A stretch of DNA of 38,912 nt from contig CAMBPP010000001.1 of the NCBI GenBank assembly GCA_945869715.1, positions 1-38,912 of the forward strand. Direction: 5' to 3'. A program made the position numbers and the translations under genes. Shown piece by piece: positions 25,910 to 33,339 of this stretch; within the stretch, counting starts at the first letter, position 1; every line of letters begins with the position of its first letter. A model generated the notes under the pieces. That model searched no databases. It was not told where the DNA came from and saw nothing but the letters and a program-made list of their open reading frames with translations. The stretch is from Bifidobacterium breve (GTDB lineage: Bacteria > Actinomycetota > Acidimicrobiia > Acidimicrobiales > Ilumatobacteraceae).

Positions 25910-26554
25910 ATGAAATCTGTTGCCCTTTCAGCCAATAACCTGCAAGTCGTGCCTGAAATAGCTTCCACTCGCCTTTTGCTCGTTCGTCACGGGCAATCCG
26001 AATGGAATGCTCTCGGGAAAATGCAGGGGCATGCCGATTCGCCACTCTCGCCAGAAGGTCGCAAACAAGCACGCAATGCAGCTCGCCGCCTCGGCGTCTT
26101 TGACCTCATCATCTCTAGCGATCTCCAACGAGCAAGCGAAACCGCCAACCTCATTGCTGACGAAATGGGCCTCAGCGTTCTGCCCCCACACCCTGGCTTA
26201 CGAGAAATCAACGTTGGCCCATGGCAGGGTCTCACCCGGCGGGAAATCGACAAGAAGTTTCCTGGCTACGTAGAACACGACATGCGTCCCCCTGGTTATG
26301 AACCAGATCATGAAGTTTTTGCTCGCGTCAGTAGCGCGCTATTTGATATTGCGCGCGACCACCCAGGGGCAATGGGGCTCGTGGTCACCCACAGTGGCAT
26401 CATTCGTGTCATGCGCCGCACACTTGGCTACCCCGATCAACGCAATCACCGTAACCTTGAAGGATGTTGGTTCACCTTAAATCTTGACGGACGTATTGAA
26501 GTCTCGGACTCCGTCAATATTTTGCGCAACACCACCATTAGCGACACGCTATAA
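25910..26554 (+). CDS. Histidine phosphatase superfamily (branch 1, PhoE/GpgP-like) phosphatase
   Basis: LLLVRHGQSEWNALGKMQGHADSPLSPEG (RHG motif) and ..VVTHSGIIR.. (second catalytic His). Start placed at the ATG at 25910; a GTG at 25949 is possible. The first 91 codons of the ORF-track product are antisense to the MoaD-like gene and look non-coding. Confidence 0.85.
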   Translation: MKSVALSANNLQVVPEIASTRLLLVRHGQSEWNALGKMQGHADSPLSPEGRKQARNAARRLGVFDLIISSDLQRASETANLIADEMGLSVLPPHPGLREINVGPWQGLTRREIDKKFPGYVEHDMRPPGYEPDHEVFARVSSALFDIARDHPGAMGLVVTHSGIIRVMRRTLGYPDQRNHRNLEGCWFTLNLDGRIEVSDSVNILRNTTISDTL

Positions 26555-26559
26555 ATCGC

Positions 26560-27744
26560 ATGCGATTCGACGATTCGTATTCGCCTTCAGTGCGCCAACA
26601 CGTCACGTTGCTCACCATTGCGCGAACGAGCACTAACGCCTGTTATCGCTTTGCTCCACCATTTTTAGCAATCATTGCCCGAGGCTTTAACGTTTCCATT
26701 GCGCAAATGGGAATCGCACTAACTATTGCCGAACTCACTGGTTTGGCATCGCCGCTCATTGGGCATCGTGTTGATGCAATGACACGTCGTCGCGCTTTGC
26801 GACTCGGTCTTTTTGGTGTTGCCCTAGGAACACTCATCACTGCAAGTGCACCCCACCTCGCCGTTTTTACCTTGGGCATTATTGTTCTTGCTGCTTCCAA
26901 GGTGGCCTTTGATGTTGCCCTTGGTGCTTGGGTTGCCGACCACGTTCCGTGGAATCGACGCAGCAAGGTTGTTGGGTACACAGAAACATCGTGGGCCCTT
27001 GGCCTTTTGTTGGGCGTCACAACAATGGGGCTCATTACCGCGGTCACCAACTGGCGCGTTGCTTATGCAACCGGAGCCATTGCTGTACTCATTTTGGGAC
27101 TCATCGTCAGCAATCGACTCCCCGCCGCCGATGATGCCATTCACGAACACAATGACGACCTCGAAATACATCTTGAACATGGCGTCATGCGTCGTGGAAG
27201 TTGGTATGCCATTGCCTCCTGCTTCACTCTGATGGGTGCAAGCCAATGCATATTTGTCACTTTTGGCCCGTGGCTAGAAGACACCTTTGGATATTCTGCT
27301 GCAAATATTGCAATAGTTGGTTTTTCTCTCGGTGCCGTTGAATTTTTGGCATCAACATCGAGTGCGAAGTACACCGATGCGCTCGGCAAAGAAAAAAGTG
27401 TTGCCATAGGTGCTTTACTAATGGTGCCAGCAGCGCTTCTCATTGCACTCGCAAGTCAGAACATTGTCACTGGTCTCATCGGCCTATTAGTGGTACTCAT
27501 GGGTTTTGAATTTGCTGTTGTCAGCTTGCTCCCACTTGGCGCTCAACTTGTACCTGGCAAACGTGGTCGCGGCATGGGGTTACTCATTGGTGCAGGAACA
27601 TTGGGTCGCGCCGCAGTGTCAATTGCCGCAACACGTTTATACGACCAACACGGCATACCCCCTGCTGCTATTGGCGCCGGGCTTCTTGCATTAGGAACGG
27701 TTCTTCTCGTTTCTCTGCACGCAAAAGTTGCTGAGAAGTATTAG
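26560..27744 (+). CDS. MFS transporter
   Basis: 394 aa, about 12 hydrophobic helices in a 6+6 arrangement, with a ..GHRVDAMTRRRAL.. loop motif between TM2 and TM3. Confidence 0.85.
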   Translation: MRFDDSYSPSVRQHVTLLTIARTSTNACYRFAPPFLAIIARGFNVSIAQMGIALTIAELTGLASPLIGHRVDAMTRRRALRLGLFGVALGTLITASAPHLAVFTLGIIVLAASKVAFDVALGAWVADHVPWNRRSKVVGYTETSWALGLLLGVTTMGLITAVTNWRVAYATGAIAVLILGLIVSNRLPAADDAIHEHNDDLEIHLEHGVMRRGSWYAIASCFTLMGASQCIFVTFGPWLEDTFGYSAANIAIVGFSLGAVEFLASTSSAKYTDALGKEKSVAIGALLMVPAALLIALASQNIVTGLIGLLVVLMGFEFAVVSLLPLGAQLVPGKRGRGMGLLIGAGTLGRAAVSIAATRLYDQHGIPPAAIGAGLLALGTVLLVSLHAKVAEKY

Positions 27745-27753
27745 TTACTCGGT

Positions 27754-29415
27754 CTAGCCGGCGTATCGGTTGGTAATAGGCAATCGTCGATCTTTGCCAA
27801 AAGCCTTTGTGCTCACTCGTACTCCTGGCGGGCACTGCCGCCTCTTGTACTCATTCATGTCAACGAGTCGCGCTATGCGACGTACGAGCACTTCGTCATA
27901 GCCTCGTGCAATAATGTCACTTGCAGTGAGATCGAGCTCAACATACATTTCCAAAATTGCATCGAGAACCTCGTACGCAGGAAGCGACTGATCGTCGCGC
28001 TGGTCTGGTCGCAACTCTGCCGATGGCGCTTTGTCGATAATGGCACGAGGAATAAGCGACTTACCTGCGCGTTCGTTTATCCATTCACAGAGTTCATACA
28101 CCGTGGTTTTGAGAACGTCTTTGATAATTGCAAAACCACCAACTGAGTCGCCATACAAAGTGAAATAACCGACAGCAACTTCACTTTTATTACCAGTGGT
28201 CAGCACCATCCACCCATGCTTGTTCGACAATGCCATGAGAATCATTCCACGCACACGACTTTGTAAATTTTCTTCCGTGAGATCTTCGGCTTTGCCAGCA
28301 AAACTTTCTTCAAGCATCGACAAGTACGCTGCAAAGGCTGGCTCAATAGGAACCGACTGACATTGAATATTTAAGTTCTGTGCAAGTTCAAATGCATCAT
28401 CTTTCGAACCATCGCTCGAATACCGCGATGGCATTGACACGCCGTGTACGTGTTCAGCACCTAGCGCTTCCACAGCAATTGCAGCTACAAGAGCTGAATC
28501 GATGCCGCCAGAGAGCCCAATAACAACATCGGTGAAACCATTCTTTTTTACGTAGTCGCGCGCACCAAGTACTAATGCTGCATGCACTCGTTCTAATTCA
28601 GAACTTGTCGTATCTGCTTCGCCTTGCGCAGAAACACACACAACATCACCTTGTGCAGTCACGTCACACACTAAGAGATCTTCCGAGAAAGAAGTAGCAC
28701 GAGCTTGAATGACTCCGCGCGCATCGGCCACTAACGACCCGCCATCAAAAACCAACTCGTCTTGCCCGCCAATTTGGTTGACATATGCGACAACAACAGC
28801 ATTGGTTTGGGCGCGGCTCAAAACTAATTCGTCTCGTTGAGTGGGTTTGTTGCGATGGAATGGTGAGCCATTAATGCTGATGCACAACTTTGCACCTTGT
28901 TGTGCTTGCTGCTCTGTGGGGTCGCCTACCCACAGATCTTCACAAATAGAGACAGCGAACGGAATGTCTCCGCAGGTGAAAATGTCTTGGATGCTTGGAC
29001 CAGGAGTGAAATAGCGTTCTTCATCAAACACGCTGTAGTTCGGTAAGAGCTGCTTGCGGTAAACGCCAAGAATTTTCCCGTTCTGTGCAACGGCAGCAGC
29101 ATTGAAAAGTATGCGCTCTTCGCCACCTTCAACTTGCACCGCAACTGAATCGACAAAACCAATAACAGCCATGCAGTTCCCCGTTGCTTCCACAACGCTG
29201 TTGAGTGCACGCATATTGTCGGCAAGAAATCCGGGCTTCAGCACCAGATCTTCTGGGGGGTAGCCCGTAATAGCCAGTTCTGGAAACGCCACGATGTCGC
29301 AACCTGCCGCAACGGCCGTTGTATATTCGCCCAATAGCTTCGCAACATTGCCCACCAGGTCTCCTACGGTGGGGTTGATCTGAGCAAGACCAACTCTCAC
29401 TGCTGAACCTGGCAT
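27754..29415 (-). CDS. nadE: Glutamine-dependent NAD+ synthetase
   Basis: N-terminal nitrilase/CN-hydrolase domain (..VAFPELAITGYPPEDL.., ..AVSICEDLW..) fused to an NAD synthetase domain with the SGGIDS PP-loop. Confidence 0.93.
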   Translation of the reverse strand: MPGSAVRVGLAQINPTVGDLVGNVAKLLGEYTTAVAAGCDIVAFPELAITGYPPEDLVLKPGFLADNMRALNSVVEATGNCMAVIGFVDSVAVQVEGGEERILFNAAAVAQNGKILGVYRKQLLPNYSVFDEERYFTPGPSIQDIFTCGDIPFAVSICEDLWVGDPTEQQAQQGAKLCISINGSPFHRNKPTQRDELVLSRAQTNAVVVAYVNQIGGQDELVFDGGSLVADARGVIQARATSFSEDLLVCDVTAQGDVVCVSAQGEADTTSSELERVHAALVLGARDYVKKNGFTDVVIGLSGGIDSALVAAIAVEALGAEHVHGVSMPSRYSSDGSKDDAFELAQNLNIQCQSVPIEPAFAAYLSMLEESFAGKAEDLTEENLQSRVRGMILMALSNKHGWMVLTTGNKSEVAVGYFTLYGDSVGGFAIIKDVLKTTVYELCEWINERAGKSLIPRAIIDKAPSAELRPDQRDDQSLPAYEVLDAILEMYVELDLTASDIIARGYDEVLVRRIARLVDMNEYKRRQCPPGVRVSTKAFGKDRRLPITNRYAG

Positions 29416-29504
29416 GAAGTGCCTAATTTGTGGGTTTCCAACACGTTCTCAGGCTACCGAACTCACTCACACCCACGCACCTCGTATTAGGTTTCCCTTA
29501 CAAA

Positions 29505-29553
29505 GAAATAGATGCTTCACACAGAGTTAACAATTGAGAAATGGAAGTGAAAC
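29505..29553 (+). promoter_or_regulatory. Candidate GlnR operator array (five 5-mers at exact 11-nt phasing)
   Basis: GAAAT(29505)-n6-TTCAC(29516)-n6-TTAAC(29527)-n6-GAAAT(29538)-n6-GAAAC(29549). Resembles the gTnAc-n6-GaAAc GlnR box and contains AC-n9-AC. Lies 56-104 nt upstream of the glnII ATG, in the nadE/glnII divergent region. Confidence 0.4.
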
Positions 29554-29608
29554 TGCTTCTTGGCAACATAGAGCAATCACTTCTGGGCTTTGGCTCAGTA
29601 CCACCCCT

Positions 29609-30631
29609 ATGGAAGGAACTGCCGTGCCATTTCAGGCCGAATACATCTGGATCGACGGTGTGAAACCCACACCTACATTGCGTTCAAAAACCAAAGTCAT
29701 GGCTGACGATGAGAAGATCTCCGTTTGGGGATTCGACGGTTCATCAACAGAACAAGCTGGAGGCGAATCATCAGACTGCGTTTTGCGCCCTGTCTTTTCC
29801 TGCCCAGACCCCATCCGTGGTGGCAAGAACATCCTTGTGATGTGTGATGTTCTTCAAGCAAAAGACGACAGCCCACACCCAACGAACACTCGTGCTGCAC
29901 TAGCTGAACAAGCAAAGAAGTACGCCGATCACGAAATGATCTACGGCATCGAGCAGGAATACACCATGTTGCGCATTGATGGCTCACCATTTGGTTTCCC
30001 TGTTGGCGGTTTCCCTGCTCCACAAGGTCCTTACTACTGTGGCGTCGGCGCAGGCCGCGTTGTAGGTCGTGAGATTATTGAAGAGCACACGCAGGCTTGC
30101 ATCGATGCTGGTCTCATGATCTCTGGCACCAATGCCGAAGTAATGCCTGGTCAGTGGGAATTCCAAATTGGACCCGCAGACGCATTAACCTGCAGCGACC
30201 ATATGTACGTGGCACGTTGGCTCTTGCAGCGCATTGCTGAAGATTACGATGTAGTCATCTCATTTGCTGCAAAACCAATGAAGGGCGACTGGAACGGAGC
30301 TGGTGCACACACCAACTTCTCCACCAAGGCAATGCGTAACGACACCAACTTGAAGGCCATCACTGCTGCTTGTGAAGCCCTCAGCAAGCGCGTCATGGAA
30401 CACGTTGACCACTACGGCGACGACATTGCAAGCCGTCTCACCGGAAAGCACGAAACTGCTCCGTACAACAAGTTCTCCTTCGGCGTGTCAGACCGTGGAG
30501 CTTCTGTACGTATTCCATGGCAAGTTGGCCGCGACGGCAAGGGGTACGCAGAAGACCGCCGCCCGAACGCCAACGTCGACCCGTACACCGTTACCCGTCT
30601 CATTCTTGAGACCGTATGTGGCGCTGCATAA
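29609..30631 (+). CDS. glnII: Glutamine synthetase type II (eukaryote-like GSII)
   Basis: ..FQAEYIWIDGVKPTPTLRSKTKV.. and ..WGFDGSSTEQAGG.SSDCVLRPV.. are GSII hallmarks. A 340-aa product from the ATG at 29609 fits GSII length. The ORF-track start at 29534 is a TTG. Confidence 0.9.
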   Translation: MEGTAVPFQAEYIWIDGVKPTPTLRSKTKVMADDEKISVWGFDGSSTEQAGGESSDCVLRPVFSCPDPIRGGKNILVMCDVLQAKDDSPHPTNTRAALAEQAKKYADHEMIYGIEQEYTMLRIDGSPFGFPVGGFPAPQGPYYCGVGAGRVVGREIIEEHTQACIDAGLMISGTNAEVMPGQWEFQIGPADALTCSDHMYVARWLLQRIAEDYDVVISFAAKPMKGDWNGAGAHTNFSTKAMRNDTNLKAITAACEALSKRVMEHVDHYGDDIASRLTGKHETAPYNKFSFGVSDRGASVRIPWQVGRDGKGYAEDRRPNANVDPYTVTRLILETVCGAA

Positions 30632-30656
30632 GCGTTTCTCGTACATAAAAAGTAGC

Positions 30657-30692
30657 AACCGGGGGGCCAATGTGCCCCCCGGTTCGCATTTA
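30657..30692 (+). terminator. Intrinsic terminator-like hairpin after glnII
   Basis: Perfect 11-bp stem AACCGGGGGGC / GCCCCCCGGTT (30657-30667 / 30674-30684), 6-nt loop, followed by CGCATTTA. The U-tract is weak, so this may be a partial terminator or attenuator before glnA. Confidence 0.55.
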
Positions 30693-30717
30693 CGGCAAAA
30701 ACAGGCACACTGAGGAG

Positions 30718-32064
30718 ATGTCAGAGATGCTCGAACAACAACGTGAATATGTTTTACGCACGGTGGAAGAACGCGGTGTACGCCTCGTTCGTCTGTGGTT
30801 CACCGACATATTGGGCAACTTGAAGTCGTTTGCCATTAGCCCTGCCGAATTAGAAAATGCACTCGAAGACGGAATGACCTTCGACGGTTCGTCTATTGAA
30901 GGTTTCAGCCGTGTGCAAGAAGCCGACGTGCTTGCCATTCCCGACCCCAACACTTTTGAAGTTCTGCCATGGGCCGACCCCAAGGGAACCGAAGCACGCG
31001 TATTTTGCAACATTCATAATCTCGATGGAACACCATTCGATGCCGACCCTCGCCAAGTGCTGAAGCGCAACCTCGATGCCGCCGTCAAACTCGGCTATGC
31101 GTTTTATATTGCGCCCGATATTGAATATTTCTATTTTGCTCCTCCGCAAAAAGGTGAACTTCCACAACCACTCGATGAAGGTGGTTTCTTCGACCTCACC
31201 ACTTCCGACATCGCAACTTCATTGCGCAAAGAAACCATTCGCACTCTTGAGACAATGGGAATTCCCGTTGAATACAGTTTCCATGAAGATGCACCGAGCC
31301 AGCACGAAATCGATTTACGTCATACCGATGCTCTCACCATGGCCGACAGCATTATGACCTTCCGTCTCGCAGTGCGTGAAGTTGCCGCAATGCACAACGT
31401 CCATGCGACCTTTATGCCAAAACCTCTTGAAGGAGTGCAAGGTTCGGGTATGCACCTGCACTTGTCTCTCTTTAAAGGTGAAGACAACGCGTTCTACGAC
31501 GAAAAAGACGCCTACAACTTGTCACCTACTGCAAAGTCATTTATGGCAGGTCTCTTGCGACACGCAGCAGAAATTACAGCGGTCACTAACCAAACTGTCA
31601 ACAGTTACAAACGACTTGTTCCTGGTTTCGAAGCACCTGTACATATTTCATGGGCACGCAACAACCGCAGTGGCCTCATTCGTGTGCCGGTACCTAAAAA
31701 AGGCAATGCCATGGCAACACGCATTGAATACCGTTCGCCCGATCCTGCTACTAACCCATACCTTGCGTTTTCCGTCATCCTTGCAGCAGGTCTGCGTGGC
31801 GTTGAGCAGGGTTACACACTTCCCGCCGAAGCCGATGCAAACTTATTTGAAATGAACGATGCAGATCTCAATAAATTGAGCATCGAACAACTACCACAGT
31901 CACTTTCTGACGCACTCAACATCATGGAACGTTCTGAACTTGTAGCAAGCGCACTTGGCGAACATATTTTTGAATGGTTCTTGCGCAATAAACGTGCGGA
32001 ATGGCGTGGCTACAAAACACAGGTCACTCCATTTGAACTCAACCGTTATCTTCGGTCGTTGTAG
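30718..32064 (+). CDS. glnA: Glutamine synthetase type I, GlnA2-like
   Basis: ..EYVLRTVEERGVRLVRLWFTDILGNLKSFAISPAELE..FDGSSIEGF.. closely resembles the mycobacterial GlnA2 N-terminus as I recall it. Start placed at the ATG at 30718 (GAGGAG just upstream; the ATG at 30727 is equally possible). The ORF-track ATG at 30670 lies inside the terminator loop. Confidence 0.92.
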   Translation: MSEMLEQQREYVLRTVEERGVRLVRLWFTDILGNLKSFAISPAELENALEDGMTFDGSSIEGFSRVQEADVLAIPDPNTFEVLPWADPKGTEARVFCNIHNLDGTPFDADPRQVLKRNLDAAVKLGYAFYIAPDIEYFYFAPPQKGELPQPLDEGGFFDLTTSDIATSLRKETIRTLETMGIPVEYSFHEDAPSQHEIDLRHTDALTMADSIMTFRLAVREVAAMHNVHATFMPKPLEGVQGSGMHLHLSLFKGEDNAFYDEKDAYNLSPTAKSFMAGLLRHAAEITAVTNQTVNSYKRLVPGFEAPVHISWARNNRSGLIRVPVPKKGNAMATRIEYRSPDPATNPYLAFSVILAAGLRGVEQGYTLPAEADANLFEMNDADLNKLSIEQLPQSLSDALNIMERSELVASALGEHIFEWFLRNKRAEWRGYKTQVTPFELNRYLRSL

Positions 32065-32078
32065 GTCTTTTTTCCACA

Positions 32079-32759
32079 ATGGAATTCATCGTTGTATATC
32101 CCGAACCGGCAAACTACGACCTTGCCCGCACCCTCGACATGTCGGGGTACCGCTGGAAGGCTGTGTCGTCGCCCGAACAAGCTCTAGAGCACGAGCCCAC
32201 GACGGGTTGGGCTGGTGCTGTGGTCAACTGCGAAGACAATGCCGAAGCAGCGTGGGCCTTTTGTCGTGCGCTGCGCAAACGTGATGCACTGGCTTGCCCC
32301 ATCTTGGTTCTCATTTCTGGTGCTGAACTTGGGCAACTGGAGTTGCGCGATGAAAACTTCGACGATTTCTGCATCACTCCATTCCACCCACGCGAATTAG
32401 AAGCACGCTTGCGTCATCTCACTCATTCCGAGAGCGCTGTGGTACGCGCAGAGATGATTGACTACGCGGGTTTGAGTTTGAATCTCGAGACCTACCAGGC
32501 AACTTTTGAAGGCCAGCCCCTCGACCTCACGTACATGGAATATGAGTTGTTGAAGTTCCTTGCACAGAACCCGGGCAAAGTTTTCACACGAGAAATTTTG
32601 CTATCGCGTGTGTGGGGCTATGAGTACTACGGCGGTGCGCGCACGGTTGATGTGCATATTCGTCGACTCCGCGCAAAGCTGGGTGAAGAGCACGCCAACC
32701 TCATTCAAACAGTACGCAGCGTGGGCTACCGCTTTGGGCAGTCGCGCTGGAATGGCTAA
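32079..32759 (+). CDS. glnR: OmpR-family orphan response regulator, GlnR-like (global nitrogen regulator) with a degenerate receiver domain
   Basis: The C-terminal winged-helix ..PLDLTYMEYELLKFLAQNPGKVFTREILLSRVWGYEYYGGARTVDVHIRRLRAKLG..IQTVRSVGYRF.. is very close to actinobacterial GlnR as recalled. Lies 14 nt downstream of glnA. The receiver lacks the canonical acidic pocket. Confidence 0.8.
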   Translation: MEFIVVYPEPANYDLARTLDMSGYRWKAVSSPEQALEHEPTTGWAGAVVNCEDNAEAAWAFCRALRKRDALACPILVLISGAELGQLELRDENFDDFCITPFHPRELEARLRHLTHSESAVVRAEMIDYAGLSLNLETYQATFEGQPLDLTYMEYELLKFLAQNPGKVFTREILLSRVWGYEYYGGARTVDVHIRRLRAKLGEEHANLIQTVRSVGYRFGQSRWNG

Positions 32760-33339
32760 TACGTTTTACTATCCAGCAATTGCTCCTAGCCAAGCAACAC
32801 TGCAAAAAAGAAGAACGTTGTTGCTGCGCCAATTTTGATGGTGCGCTCTGGAAGTCGTGCCCCCTCGCACGGCCAACCACAATTGCCAGCGCATCGGCAA
32901 TCACCATTCCTACAGTGGAGCCCAACCATGTGCCCATAACTCCTTCGCGAGTTGCCAAGGTAATGGTGGCAAGCATTGTTTTGTCGCCAAGTTCGGCGAG
33001 AAAAAATACAGTTGCTACCGCTATCGCCACATGCTTTGCCGTTTTGTTTGCCCGTGCCGTGTCGTCGTCGGTGAGTTCATCACCACGCAGAGTCCATAGT
33101 CCAAAACCGACGAATGCAAGAGCAGCCACCGCATTAATGAGTTGCGTGGGTAGCGCTGCCCCCAACATGGCACCAATGCCAACAGAAGCAAGGTGAACAA
33201 GAGCTGTTGCAAGCGTGATGCCAATAAGAACGGGAAGAGTTTTATAACGAGTGGCAAAAGCCAATACCATTAACTGGCTTTTGTCACCGAGTTCTGCAAC
33301 AAAAATAACTCCAAGGCTAAGAAAGAATGCGTGAAACAC
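32701..33339 (-). CDS. UPF0016 / GDT1 (TMEM165) family cation (Mn2+/Ca2+) transporter, apparently frameshifted near the 3' end
   Basis: Two E-L-G-D-K-[ST] motifs (AELGDKSQL, AELGDKTML). The last roughly 45 aa of the ORF-track product are non-hydrophobic nonsense. After a G5 run (plus-strand C5 at 32860-32864), the other reading frame (the one a sixth G would restore) gives the expected ..GARLPERTIKIGAATTFFFFAVLLG* ending at 32786. Confidence 0.8.
   Translation of the reverse strand: MFHAFFLSLGVIFVAELGDKSQLMVLAFATRYKTLPVLIGITLATALVHLASVGIGAMLGAALPTQLINAVAALAFVGFGLWTLRGDELTDDDTARANKTAKHVAIAVATVFFLAELGDKTMLATITLATREGVMGTWLGSTVGMVIADALAIVVGRARGHDFQSAPSKLAQQQRSSFLQCCLARSNCWIVKRISHSSATAQSGSPRCVLFE

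Noticed and set aside
29541-29660. 39-codon upstream ORF (MEVKLLLGNIEQSLL...) overlapping the glnII start out of frame.
   Set aside because: It has no Shine-Dalgarno sequence at a sensible distance, its sequence is unremarkable, and it coincides with the putative GlnR boxes, which explain the region better.
30670-30717. ORF-track ATG at 30670 as the glnA start.
   Set aside because: That ATG sits in the loop of the 11-bp GC hairpin that follows glnII. The encoded MCPPVRIYGKNRHTEE is not GS-like. A GAGGAG sequence precedes the ATGs at 30718 and 30727, and homologous GlnA2 N-termini start just before ..EYVLRT...
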